From Hypanus sabinus (lineage: Eukaryota): a stretch of 64,000 nt of DNA. The notes beneath the pieces are model-generated. The model was not told the DNA's origin, made no database searches, and was given only the letters and a program-made list of their open reading frames with translations. The stretch spans positions 77,810,001 to 77,874,000 of the forward strand of contig NC_082707.1 in NCBI RefSeq assembly GCF_030144855.1. The letters run 5' to 3'. Made by a program: the position numbers and the translations under genes. Of this stretch, positions 1 through 13,484 are shown piece after piece; the first letter of the stretch is position 1, and each line of letters opens with the position of its first letter.

Positions 1-756
1 TATTGAAAACCTCCCCAACCCGGACAAACTTGTGTTCGAAACATGGAATGCTATCCCCGACATTTATGTAAACATTAAAAAGTAAGCGCCTGGGGTCCTG
101 TCGATCTTTGGATCCACATATGTATGTGAGCAGGTGTTCTCCAACATGAACTTTATTAAAAACAAACATTGCGCACGCCTCACAGATGACAGCTTGCAAT
201 CCCGTGTAAAGATGAAGGTGACGTCATACAGCCCTGATTTGCAGATGCTGTGCGCTGAGGTCCAGGAGCAGAAATCCCATTAACCAATTATGATAAATAT
301 TTTAATTGCCTATTATTTTACGTATATTCATATTTTTTCATTGTTCAGTGAAATAGTCCTTTTATTTTTCAGGTTGACAGCTGGCTGACGTTATTTTTGG
401 TTTGCTGCTGGCGGACAATTTAAGTTCGGCGTTTTTCATAAATACAAGGAGGACTCAAATAGACATTGAGTATTTTACTTAAAAGTAACCTTCAACCCAA
501 CGTCTTTTTTTCGGAGTTCAAAATGTTTTTGTTTCATGCAGAAATGTAATTTCGTTTTCTCTGCAGGAGTTCATCGATTTCATAAATGCAACACATTATA
601 GTTTGTTTATACATTGCATAAAGGCAAAAAAAAAAACGTTGTATGCAGTGTTATTTAATTTTAAATGTCAAACGGGTTTTGTGGCTCCCAGTGTTTTCTT
701 TTCTGTGGGAAACGGGTCCAAATGGCTCTTTCAGTGGTAAAGGTTGCCGACCCCTG
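1..756 (+). mobile_element. 3' end of hAT (Charlie/Buster, SPIN/GTF2IRD2-like) DNA transposon
   Basis: Transposase C-terminus FGSTYVCEQVFSNMNFIKNKHCARLTDDSL...QEQKSH, stop at 281-283. Terminal repeat ...AAAGGTTGCCGACCCCTG ends at 756 and is followed by GTCTAGGC, a Charlie-type target site. Left end is outside the window. Confidence 0.85.
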
Positions 757-1401
757 GTCTAGGCCTTTCAACATTCAAAAAGCTTCAATGAGATCCCCCC
801 CCACCATACTTCTAAATTCCAGCACAAGATAACCATTTTATTCCCGGAATTATCCTTATAAACCTCCTCTGAACCCTCTCCAATGCCAGCACATCTTTTC
901 TTAGATTAGGAGCACAGAACTGTTCACAGTACTCAAGGTGTGGCCTCACCAGAGCCTCATAAAGTATCAGCATCACATTCCTGCTCTTGTATTCTAGACC
1001 TCTTGAAAAGAATGCGAACATTGCATTTGCCTTCCTCACCACTGACTCAACTACAAGTTAACCATTAGGATGCTCTGCAAAAGGACTCCCAAACCCCTTT
1101 GTATTTCAGATTTCTGCATTTTCTCCCCATTTAGAAAATAGTCTGCACATTTATTTCTTCTACCAAAGTGCATAACCATGCATTTTCCAACATTGTATTT
1201 CATTTTCCACTTTTTTGCCCATTCTCCTAATCTGTCCAAGTCCTTCTCCAGCCTACCTGTTTCCTCAATACTACATGCCCCTCCACCAATCTTCATATCA
1301 TCTGCAAACTTGGCAACAAAGCCTTCTATTCCATCATCTAAATCATTGATATATAGCATAAAAAGAAGTGATCCCAACACTAACCCCTATGGAACACCAC
1401 C
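757..1401 (-). mobile_element. CR1 LINE ORF2 (RT C-terminal) fragment
   Basis: ORFs 1051-1380 and 812-1042 give LFMLYINDLD, KFADD and YEALVRPHLEYC, which are CR1 RT motifs. Confidence 0.9.
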
Positions 1402-1894
1402 AAATATTACAGTATTCACTGTAAGCAGCCCACAGGACTGCAAGAGTTATGAGATCATCACCCGTGTCCTGCTGCAGTACCCTTTACATGCAAGGTATTG
1501 CGAGAGGACACATTGGACTTTCTGTCCTACAGGTTGTTTCCAGTGATACATAACAGAACGAATATCAATTTCTGATGGAAATCTTTCAATTCAGTGAAAG
1601 CAGTTCAATGGTCTTTCCAAACTCTGCTCTGAGTTCTGACATAAGGAACTATCCAAGACCTTGTGTTGTTGACTAGCATCATCCAAGGTAGATTCTGAGA
1701 GATATATTCAAGGCAAGATGATGCTTTCACAGAGATCCTTCTTGATGTTTGGTGTTGGGATGAGGGGCTACAATCTAATGCCTCCTCACTAAAACTGTTT
1801 TGCTTATGTGGTATATTTAGAAAACAAATTTGGTTTTATATACCACACAAATGACTGCAGCTTATGGATATATCGATTTTAAATATAAATATTA

Positions 1895-2190
1895 GCTTTA
1901 TTTGTCACATGTACATTGGAACATATAGTGAAATGCATTGTTTGCAGAATGACCAACATAGTCTGAAGATGTGCTGAGGCAGCCTCCGAGTGTCATCACG
2001 TGTCCAGCACCAACATAGCATGGGCACAACCAACCCATGCATCTTTGGAATGTGGTAAGAAACTGCAGCAACCAGAGAAAACCCATGCAGTCACAGGGAG
2101 AACATAAAAACATCTCACAGAGAGCAGCAGGAACTGAACTCCATTCACTGGCACTGTAAAAAAAGTGCTTACTGCCATGCTACCGTGCCA
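1895..2190 (-). mobile_element. tRNA-derived V-SINE (HE1-like) copy
   Basis: The minus strand reads GTTCTCCCTGTGACTGCATGGGTTTTCTCTGGTTGCTGCAGTTTCTTACCACATTCCAAAGA (V-domain-like), with a B-box-like GTTCAGTTCC. Similar copies occur near 11900, 14830, 19550 and 56510. Confidence 0.6.
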
Positions 2191-2731
2191 CCTGATATAA
2201 GAACATGACCTGTGCATGTATTTTTTAAATGAAATAACACTAACTCTGAAAAGTGGACATTGTCAAATCAACTTTGTTTGTTAATGTAACTCTCACAACA
2301 GGATGATGGGGGAAGGCAAGTAGGAATATACAAAATTACACATTAGCCATCAATTATTATTTTTTTTAAGTTTTTCTTCTGTTGCTTAGTGATTTCCACC
2401 ATTACAAACTGAAACAGAACGGAAGTTTTCCTTGCAAAAGACAACCTTCAAAAGGCATACTTTTCCTTGAATTAAAGCATGTTTATGGGCACTCAAAGGA
2501 ACCAGATTGCAGAAAACAGCAGCCAAATGTAATTGTTCTTTGGGGTACTGAGCTGCACATCCAGTATTATGTGCATAATTTTTTGTATAAATGTATGTTC
2601 CTTCTCTCAGAATAACTTTTGTTTACTTAAACCTATCCAGAAAATATAATGCAGCACTGAGCTAATACCAAGTAGTTCAGAGGATTTCTTGGCAGAATAC
2701 AAAACAAAGGATTTCTATAATTGATTCACTA

Positions 2732-2953
<222 letters not shown>

Positions 2954-3319
2954 TCAGCTAAATAGCCATTAATGCTTACATAAAGAATATTTCATAGATA
3001 AGCTGACTTATTGTATCAATCTAAAAACATTACACAACTGGCAGCATATAAGAAGAAAGAATATTGAGGTAGCTGGCTTAATGCAATAAAACTGGCATTT
3101 TTAGTTAATACTTCATACATTTCGTAGATTAATAACAATGAAAATGTTATTTTCATAGCATCAGGCAAGATGGCAACAGTGATCAAAGACGACATTGTAC
3201 AAGGAGCTTACAAAACTACTGGATACTTTTCTTCTGCTAAATATACTTCCTATTCTTCTAAACTGCAGCTGATTGCAGCCTGCAATTTCCCTTTTAAGAA
3301 TGTATTTTTGAGCCAACTA

Positions 3320-4082
3320 CATGATATGGTACTGCTGCGATCTCCTTGGGGAATCGACGTGGTGCAGCTCCAACCGTTGCTGTGGGGTGATGACGTCAAT
3401 TCCTAATGGCAGACCACGAACCCGTGGTCAGCTCCATTACTCTGCGCTGATTAAACTATCAAGCAAGATTAAAACTGAAGAGGACAAGAGTGGAAAACAA
3501 ACGGGTGTCCAGAGCCACCGGCCCGAGTTTGACCAATCTCCCTCTTGCTGCTGTCAGCAGAAGGTGCTAGAGACCTGGTTCCCATGCTGCAAAATTCGAT
3601 TATCTCTGTGGCTCGTGCTGTGGACTCAAATTCTGTTACGGTTTTATGTTTAATGTCCTCAGTGCTGGCCATTTGTGCAAATGTTTTACTATTTGTGCAA
3701 TTTAATCAAGGTGCTTCGGCACACAGCTGAATCTGCAGCCATTGACAGACAGAGTGCTGAACTGACTGACTCAGTGGCTGAGGCCGTGGCCATTGTCTCC
3801 TTGACTGCCATCATTTGCCTCAGTGCCTCATGGCTGTAGACTCACTTTAGGGGACTCTGTGGTTTGATGTTTAACATTCTGTGTGTTATGTTTGCTTTTT
3901 GTTGTTTGCATGATTTGTTTTTTTTTTGCACATTTGATGGTTTTGTTATGTGGGGTTTTTCTTTAAATGGGTTATATAGGCATTTCTTTGTTTTGTGCCT
4001 GCCTGAAGAAGCCAAATCTCAAGATTGTACACTGTATACAGTACATATTTTGATAATAAATGTAAATGTACTTTGATCTTTA
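3320..4082 (+). repeat. Non-autonomous retroposon ending in a Rex1/Babar-type 3' tail
   Basis: The tail AATCTCAAGATTGTA...TTTGATAATAAATG...TACTTTG matches tails at ~24020-24066 and ~42476-42530. The 5' boundary is approximate. Confidence 0.45.
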
Positions 4083-4173
4083 AATGTATTTTGAAAGAGA
4101 TCATAGTATAGGCAAAAACTCAAAGCCAAAGTGTGATCAAAACATGACTACATAGTTGGCTTCCAAAACCCAG

Positions 4174-4828
4174 CAATAGACAATAGGTGCAGGAATAGGC
4201 CATTCAGCCCTTCGAGCCAGCACCACCATTCACTGTGATCATGGCTGATCATCCAGTCAGTACCCCGTTCCTGCCTTCTCCCATATCCCTCGACTCCGCT
4301 ATCCTTAAGAGCTCTATCTAACTCTTACTTGAAAGCATCCAGAGAATTGGCCTCCACTGCCTTCTGAGGCAGAGCATTCCACAGATCCACAACTCTCTGG
4401 GTGAAAAAGTTTTTCCTCAACTCCGTTCTAAATGGCCTACCCCTTATTCTTAAACTGTGACCTCTGGTTCTGGACTCCCCCAACATCAGGAACATGTTTT
4501 CTGCCTTTAGCATGTCCAATCCCTTAATAATCTTGTATGTTTCAATCAGATCCCCTCTCATCCTTCTAAATTCCAGCGCATACAAGCTCAGTCGCTCCAA
4601 TCTTTCAACATATGATGGTCCCGCCATCCCAGGAATTAACCTCGTGAACCTATGCTGCACTCCCTCAATAGCAAGAATGTCCTTCCTCAAATTTGCAGAC
4701 CAAAACTGAACACAATACTCCAGGTGTGGTTTCACCAGGGCCCTGTACAACTGCAGAAGGACCTCTTTGCTCCTATACTCAACTCCCCTTGTTATGAAGG
4801 CCAACATGCCATTAGCTTTCTTCACTGC
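4174..4828 (-). mobile_element. CR1 LINE 3' end (5'-truncated, well preserved)
   Basis: Uninterrupted 166-codon ORF2 C-terminus (LYRALVKPHLEYCVQFW, MRGDLIETYKI, FFTQRVVDLWNALP) plus 3' UTR and CAATAGA-type tail. Confidence 0.92.
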
Positions 4829-5530
4829 AGTGAACTAAGAAAAGGGAAACCAATAGTCACAAGAAAATTCCTTTTTGTACAAGTCAACCTTCATTGACAA
4901 CCTTGCTATTTCTCTTTTGCACTATTTTTTATTGTAACTTAGAATAACTATTATGCCTTACACTGTACAACAAATTTCACAAAATAGGTCAGTGATAACA
5001 AACCTGATTCTGAAAATTCCAGTCAACTGCTATGGCATTCCAATCCTTCAGTTTTTTTCCCTTAACAACTGGGGTGGGGCAATAGTGGCAGGATAATGTT
5101 ATAAATAAGAATTGAGTAATTTTGGAAATATGCAAGTATCACATTATGTTGAAAACAAATTAAACTATGTGAAAAAAGTCTACGCTTCTCACCTGGATCA
5201 CAAAAGTGGCAAACAAATATAAAACTAAAAATTTCCTAACTAAACAAAGCTTATACTTTGCAGTTCATTGCAATATAGATCCACATTACCAGCAAAACCT
5301 CTACATCATATTATAAAACTTTTATACTGACTAAATCATGTATCATTTGAGAGCAAGTAATCCATGGCTCTTTTATTGGTAAGGATAATTATCCTTGAAT
5401 TTACAAATGATTCACTTAATAAATGCAGGTAAAATCTGTGTACAAAATAAAAATAGGTATTTTCTTATCGCATTGGAAATGAAACAAATATCATCTCTTT
5501 TTTCCTCCATTCTATTGACATTCAAATTTA

Positions 5531-5725
<195 letters not shown>

Positions 5726-5866
5726 CTAGAAAGTAAGCACATTGATTTATCAAACTGCATTAAAACTGACGGTCCAATATTTACATTAAATGGTTACATC
5801 TGCCCTCTTATTTATTATGGATGCATGTAATTTCAGTAGCAGATATTTCCTGCAGACTTCTCCTGA

Positions 5867-6830
5867 AAGGAGGCAAAGAGTGGGAATAAAGGGCCCTTTT
5901 CTGGTTGGCTCATAGTGACTAGAGGTGTTCCACAGGGGTCGGTGTTAGGTCCACTACTTTTCATGTTATATGATCTACATGACAGAATTGATGGCTCTCT
6001 GGCCAAGTATGCAATGATACAAAGATAGGCTGAGGCAGAGGTAGTGATAAGGAAGCAGGGTGTCTACAGAAGGACTTAAAACTGATTAGAAGAACGGGCA
6101 AAGTGGCAAATGGAATAGACTATAGGGAAGTTTATGGCCAGGCACTTTGATAGAAAGAATAAAGGAGGTGACTCTTTTCTAAAGGGCCACTAATTAGGGA
6201 TACCCTAAAGGTTAACTTGAAGATTGAGTCGGTAGTAAGGAAGACAAATGGAATATTAGCAGTCATTTTGAGAGAACTAGAACATACAGTAAAAGCACGG
6301 ATGTAATGCTGAGGCTTTATAATATATTGGGAAAACCACATTTAGAGTATTGCGAGCAATTTTCAGTCTCATATCGAGGAAAGGGTGTGCTGGCATTGGA
6401 TAGGGTCCAGAGGAGGTTCATGGGAATGATCCCAGGAATGAAAGGGTTAATGTGTGAGGAGTATTTAATGGTTTGCTAGTGTTTAGAAGAATGAGGATCT
6501 CATTGAAACTTATTGAACATTGATAGGTCCAGATAGAAAGAACATGGACAGGATGCTTCCAATAGTGGGAGAGTCAGATTCAGAATACAGGGAATCAGAA
6601 ATGAACAGAAATAAGGAGGATTTTTATTTTAGCCAGAGAGTGGTAAGTCAAATGATTCCCACAGATGGTTGTAGAAGTCAAGTCACTGAGTATATTAACA
6701 GCAGAAGCTGATAGGTTCTTGTTTAGTAGGGGGTCAAAGGTTAGAGAAAGCAGGAGAAGGGGTTTGAGAGGGAAAATAAATCAGCCATGATTGAATGGTG
6801 ACCAGCCTCTGCCCCTATCTCTTATGGTTC
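5867..6830 (+). mobile_element. Degraded CR1 LINE 3' portion
   Basis: GGTGTTCCACAGGGGTCGGTGTTAGG (GVPQGSVLG), AGGGTCCAGAGGAGGTTCA and a CR1 3' UTR ending TCTTATGGT; many frameshifts. Confidence 0.85.
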
Positions 6831-7189
6831 TTTTCTTTTTGAAGGATTTTGTGTAGTTAGATTTTCCCAATTTATAAATTATGTATGAAAACATGCAGCA
6901 CCTACTTGCAGAAAGCGAATCTAAGCAATCTTGGAGTTGTGGTTGGGAACAAGAAAAGCAGAACAGAATAAGACCTAAATTATCACATATCATATACTGC
7001 CTTAATTTAATTTAAAGTTTAGATCATTAATAATTTGAACATGTTTATTGCTCAGTTATGGGAAGAACTATCTGTGTAGCTCATCTTACTTGCAATCATA
7101 TGTAGCTCTAGATCATATACAAAGAGCAGCTTCTTTATCTAAGGGTGTCAACAATTCAGAATGCAACTTCTACACACTTATCACTTTAC

Positions 7190-7246
7190 CTTACAGATTT
7201 TTTGTGCATGAGCTCCTGACAAACTTCCTCCAAAGACTGTAAAGTC
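7190..7246 (-). CDS. PCCB: PCCB coding exon 4 ([19 protein letters not shown])
   Basis: 57 nt, CAG| acceptor and |GTAAAG donor. Translated by hand; too short for the ORF track. Confidence 0.97.
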
Positions 7247-10200
7247 CTGGCAAAAAGTAAATAAAATTATTGTAAGTATTGTAAATGCATTGGATAAGTG
7301 GAAAATACATTGGTTTTCATAAAAGGTGAAATTAATTTGCTTTTAATGTTGTACAAAGTATATATACACTAATGCAATTTCACCTTTATTTAAAAACTTT
7401 TAACAGAGATATTTGCCTTAGTGTATGAACAAGAATGTCAAAAAATAAGTTTTTTAAGCAGGGATTAACTGAGACAACTTGTTTCAAAGTGGCACTTTTA
7501 ACAAAGTATCCTAAAAATAGAAATCACTCAGGAACAAAAATTAGTATCATATTATTCTTTGAACAAAAGGGTAGGTTTTGAGGAGCTCTTAAGAGATATA
7601 GAGAGCCAGATATGTTTGGGGGTTTGGGGTAGTGTGGAGTCAGGTGGAATGTACCTTGAGAGTCTTGATAGCTGAAAGCACAGCTGCCACAGAAAAATGG
7701 GCAAAACAATAGAATTAAAAGAGCACAGATATTTGAAAATAATGGGGACTGGAATAGGTTAGAAATTAGGAAAGGTATATCCACAAGGTTTAAAAATAAA
7801 GATGAACTTTAAATTGTAAAGAAGACTACACAGTTGTAGATACATAGTAAACATCAGAATAAGGCAGAGTATTGCATCACCTTGGCAAATGGAGTATGAA
7901 ACAAAGGAAGATGGCCAGAGGAACAATGGAGTAATCATGCATAGAGGTAGATATAACAAAGATGTAGGATTCATCAGGTAACCCTCAGCATAGAACTGAT
8001 CCAAAGGGGTAAAAGATAATCTTGGTGATGGCATGTTCAGGGTCCAAAAGTCATGAGGTCAGAGTGTAAACACTCTGATTAAATTGCACACAATTACCAG
8101 GGTGAGAACTGGAGCACAAGTGAATAGAGTTTGTTACAAACAGAATAAAGTGTTTTTTTAAATAGTTAATCCACAATAGTAGAAATAAATTTTTGCTCAA
8201 CTGGTACTAACTGCCCTACAATTCAGAAAAGCTAACAGGTTCAATACAGGTAGTTGTGTAGTTTAAGAACCAGAACACTAATCACAGAACTCAAAGGGTG
8301 GTGAGGCAATCCGGTAGCTGCATAAATGTTGTGAATAAAGGGTCAAATGTTAGAGATAGCTCAGATGCAAATAAATTGGGGATTAATGAAGCAACGGGTG
8401 AAAAGGAAGATAATACCAAACAAATATGCATTGCCATTGAAAAATAGGAAATGGCTATACTTAGACAGACTGAAAGCATTAATCCTGTTTCTGTGATTTT
8501 CTATTAGATCCAAATTAAAACGTTCAGGTACAGATTCTAAATAATAGCATGTAAAATAATAATATACTAGAGAGCAGTAAAATCAATAACAGCATAAAAT
8601 CAAAGCATAAATATCAGGAAATGACAGAAACATTTTAATGTTGCCGTGGGCATATATGTAGATATTCACTTGCTCTTTTATTCCAGTAGTATCATACAAA
8701 AGAAAACTTATATTTTGTGGAGTCCCATACAATATCCAGTAGTCTTGGTTCATTTATCAAATTGATCAAAAGCTTTTAGGATGATACAACTCCTCAAGTA
8801 ACAATACTTCTTGGAACGTGGGGAGTGAGGAGGAGAGAAGAATGACCCAGATCAAATTGTCCGGGGAACAGTCATTGCTGATCTTCTACGCAAGTCCAGA
8901 ACTTCCAAGGCTTGGGAGCATAGTTAGAAAATCAGAAAATCATAGTTAGAAAACCTTACTTACTTTGCAACTTTCTGGCATCTAATGCAGAACCATTCTG
9001 AAACAAAATCCATGGTTTGTACCTTATCAATACAACATTCCCAATGACCAGGATTTTTCACTTCCATCGGCAAACACTTTCTGATCCTTTCCCCTGTCCC
9101 CCAGTCTCCATAACCCAAGGAAAAACCCTGACCCAAGGCAAAAGCTCCAATCCACTTTCATCTCATGACAATCATTACACATCAACATACAGCAAAGATG
9201 AAACTTGAAGGTACAGACTGGCATGCTATATCATTAAGGAAGTATTCAAGGCTATACTGGTAATACAATTGCACTGGTAGAAAGCTTATGTAACTAGACA
9301 CAATGAAATTAAACTTGCTTTCATGCCTAGCCACAAGCTCAATGCCTTCCTTTACCATTTAAAACCTTCTACCCCCTCAAAAAAAAAAGGCACAGGGCAC
9401 ACTCTTCCATCAAATTTCATCAACACAAATCTCAATCCTTCATTCTTTTAACAAAAAGCAGCATTAGTTAAAGATGCACGAATGCCATGCCAGGCACTTG
9501 GGTAGGACAGGAGGTTGCAGTACAAAATCTTTTTTTTGGGGCCCCCAGCTCCCCCACCCCTATCCCTCAGCCACAGTGTGCAATACCATTTGGACACAAG
9601 AATTCCCCAGACTACAAACACCCAATTTACGTAGCGACTGTGCATATGAACAAGCATTTGTTACACCAGTGGGATAGATTTGCTAGCTGTTTCTGGTGTA
9701 CGGGGAACTCAGTTTGCAGCAATATCCGAACACGTGATTAAAATGCCCTGGTTTAACTACACCTTGCCTTTGGTTAGCCAATATTTTATTCTGACTTCAG
9801 CTTACAAACAGTTCTTAGAAATGGAGCCCTGTTGAAACCTGGAGAGGGACCTGAATTTGAATGTGTGGTCACTGTCAGATAAAAAGGAGAAAAAAGTCCA
9901 AGCTTGCAAATTCTCAAAAAGGTAGTCATCTTTGTTGTACTCCCAATTAAGAAAGAAAGGTACCAATGAGAGCATTTATTTTAGTTTTCGTTACAATTCT
10001 TTAGATCAGGTTTCATGTTTCCTTCATTTGAGCTAAAGAGAAAAACATTACCAGTCATTGTTTTGCATTAATGCAACTTTGCCAACCTACTCTGTTCTGG
10101 ACTACAGAAGAGTAATTGGGTGACAACAACTGTATTTTTTTCCCCAAATCCATTAGACAAATTAACATAAAAATTAACTAATGAGTACCCTTGTTTTCAT

Positions 10201-10433
10201 CCGCAACCTAATGTAAATACACCAATTTCCCAAAATACAATTCCTCTGATAAAACCACCAGGCACCTGGAATGTATGTGTAGCCAGTCTACTTCCTGCAT
10301 GTTGAACTTGACAGCAACCAGGATTCCGGATCAACTCCACCCTCGAGTGTTCTGAGCTCTTAAAGTACTATTAGTGTTAGTGATTCTTAATCTATTTAGG
10401 AAGAATATCAAGTTAAAGCATATGTATTATTAC

Positions 10434-10502
10434 CTGGCTGAAGACATAAACAAGTCGCCCATTAATTTGGCCCTGACCAGTCACCACACTGTCACCAGGA
10501 AA
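10434..10502 (-). CDS. PCCB: PCCB coding exon 3 ([23 protein letters not shown])
   Basis: 69 nt, CAG| acceptor and |GTAAT donor. Confidence 0.96.
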
Positions 10503-11513
10503 CTGAAGGATTCATAAATAAGAAAAAAATGATTAGTAAAAAATCATTTTAAATACTGCTAGACAAGGAAAAGTTAATTTACTTGCCAACATCTCTCTCA
10601 TAAAACATTAAGAAATTGTGACCTTTAGACATAGGAGCAGAATTAGGCTATTCAACCATTCAATCTGTATCATCATTCAATCATGGACTATTTCCCTCAT
10701 CAACCCCATTCTCCCCATAGCCCTTAGCACTCCATTTCTTCAGACCTCCAGATTCTGTTTCAGCATTTGAATGGATAAAGAAAATAACAACCGTCATACA
10801 GTATTTGCAGCCTCTAGCTGCCCCATTAAAGAAATGCACATCCTACATCAAAATAAATCAGTTCAATTTGAAGAACGAGCTTGATAAAGTTTCCTTTCCT
10901 TCTGTGCATCCAGAAATAATCAGTATAACAATCAGTATTATTCATTTACTCTTACCTATCCAAGTCAGAAACACACAGAAGCATCAATAGTAGAAGGCTA
11001 AGCTATAATTTCCTTTCAAGCACATTCCACAAAGAGGTAGCAGTGATTCACAGAATCACTTCTGCTCATTTTATAGGAACTATCTTAGCACTTCATTCAA
11101 GAATGTTCTACCATGTTCTTCAAAGATGCAAAAAAAATGTACTCTAACTCAAAAGTCAACAAATTTAGAGTGAGAAAATCAGATGGGAGGAAAGGTTCTT
11201 TATTATACTTCAAATTTCCACTGATTTATAGTCAAGTCGTGGAAAATATTTCTAAAATTTTTTCTGAAGCCATGGAGACCAGGCTTAAAAAAAAATTCAC
11301 ATCTCCAATAAGATTTTCCAGGACCAGCCAACTCCAGGACAAAGATTCTGGTTGGTTTAAAATACTCATTAACCAAAATTGACCAGATGTTGAAAAGAAT
11401 TGCTCCTTAACCCTAAAACCAAAATTTAAAGATAGACAGACTGTTGCTTTTTGTAATGAGAATACAATCAGATTAAGAATGGGCCATGCCTTATCCAGAC
11501 AATGCAACATTAC

Positions 11514-11633
11514 CTTATTGTCTTCCATGCCCATACCAAAATCTGAGCACCTGTGTTCGACGAATTTATCATATTCTACGAAGGAGTCAGGATCCAGGAG
11601 TAGCTGAATACGTTCCCTGGCAGTCAGCTTCCC
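11514..11633 (-). CDS. PCCB: PCCB coding exon 2 ([40 protein letters not shown])
   Basis: 120 nt, TAG| acceptor and |GTAAT donor. Carries the GKLTARERI motif. Confidence 0.97.
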
Positions 11634-12089
11634 CTAGGTAGAGAAGACCATTATTACAATGTCACATGTCTAGATATTACGTTTCACTTTACTAGAGACA
11701 TAAATGGATAAAATAGAAACAAAATATGAAGATTACCAATGCACTTTTACACGAGAAACTAAAGTTATATGTGTACTGTATACACAGTCACAAATATAGC
11801 ACCAATACTCAAGCAGGAAATAAAAATCTACTTATTCTCACTATGGTACAGCTGCTAAACAAAGGTTACTCCTCTTCTCCTCACACAGATAATGCTGCAA
11901 CTTTTATGGATTCAATCCCGGTCAATGTAAAGTTCGCATATTGTTCATGTGACCATGGGAGTTTCTGCTGGACTGCTCCCAGTTTCCTTCCAAACCCAAA
12001 AGAGATGTTGGAAGGTTAATTGATAACTGGAAATTAATAAATCACTGAAACTTAACATACAGGATCAAAAAACAGATCAACAAATGTTA

Positions 12090-12670
12090 CATTGGCATTC
12101 ATTCTAAACAGATTTGAGGACAATATAGAGATATGTTGCTCCAATTATATTGAGACATTGCAAGTTTCTGCCTGCAAGTTTTATGTACAGATCTGGTTTC
12201 GCCTACTTCAAAAATATAACCACAAGAAAATGCACTAGAGTTCAGTAAAGGCTCACCTGATTGAACCCTGGAATGAAAGATTTGCAGTCTAAGGAGAGAT
12301 TAAACAGACTGGACATGTATTCACTAGAGTTTAGAAAAATGAAAATCTCATTGTTTATAGCCTGTCAACTCCAGTAAGAACTTCACAGTTATATTTTCCC
12401 AGCTAGGGTGCCCAAAACTAGGGGTCACGGCCTCAAAATGAGTCATACATGAGAAGAAATTTCTTCACCCAAAAGGGGATGAATCTTTGTCACTTGGGAG
12501 ATGAAGGCTGTAGAGGTTCAGAGTGCATTTATGACAGAATGACAGTTTTTAAAAATATATATATTAAGGGAATCAAGCTTTATGGTATGAAAGCAAGTTG
12601 AATGATGAACTGCAATTTTACTGAATGGGGGTTGAGTGGCCTACACCTGCTTTTCACTTTTATGTTCTTC
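12090..12670 (+). mobile_element. Highly degraded CR1 LINE 3' end
   Basis: Recognisable pieces TATTCACTAGAGTTTAGAAAAATGA, AGAAGAAATTTCTTCACCCA and TGGCCTACACCTGCT...TTATGTTCTT. Confidence 0.65.
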
Positions 12671-13206
12671 CATTTTTTATCTTTTACATGTACAAAGTTA
12701 AAATGCCACTATATAGTTAAATGTATTAGAAATTTATTTGAATGGAAGTTTAAGTCTATATGAACAATGCAAGTCTGCAGCTGAATAAAAGGCTTCAGAA
12801 GGCAGTGAAAAAAATGTTGTTAAGCCACCTGCATTGAAAGGTTTATATGAGTTAGCAGTAAAGCTGGTTAATAATACAATAGTCATTTATAATTAGAACT
12901 TACTATTCTTAAAATGGGATTACAGCAATGGGAAACAGCATTTGTTGCAGTAATACAGGATTTTTAGATAGTAATTTCAGTAAGAAATGAGCATTTGAAC
13001 ATTTTGTATACCCAAAAGAAATTTGCTTCTTACTACATTCTAAGGATTCTTTATGATGCATAGAACCTCTGCAAGGATTTTGATGTATTCTACTTGCTGT
13101 GAATGATTACAGCAGCTAAATTTGTTTTATTTACTGATAATCACCTGTGGGACAGATAAGTGAAGGATAGAGGGCAGAGGGCCGGAAATGTAGATTAATG
13201 TAATAC

Positions 13207-13484
13207 TGTAGCGGTGCGCTGCACACAGCACTGAAATAACGACACGGAGTCAGTAAACTGCAGTTAAAGAAGATTTTATTCAAACTTTGCGGCTTTGCTT
13301 TAAAGCCTCCCTGATCCCGCCCTCCCCGGGCGAGGATGCTGTAGGAGGCACGTATTCACAGTCCCACGTGAGCTTTTCCCTTTGTTTATGAAGCAGACCT
13401 GGCGCCCTTTTGGGACTGGCCTTTATGCCGGCGCGCTGGCTATTTGTGAGCCGGTTCGAGTGTGCTAGGAAGTGGGTCGCCACA
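13207..13484 (-). mobile_element. Solo LTR (278 bp, probably Gypsy/ERV type)
   Basis: Ends TGTAGCG...CGCCACA form an imperfect inverted repeat. 4-bp TSD ATAC at 13203-13206 and 13485-13488. TTTATT and TTTAAA on + give polyA and TATA-like signals on -. CpG-rich relative to flanks. Confidence 0.8.
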
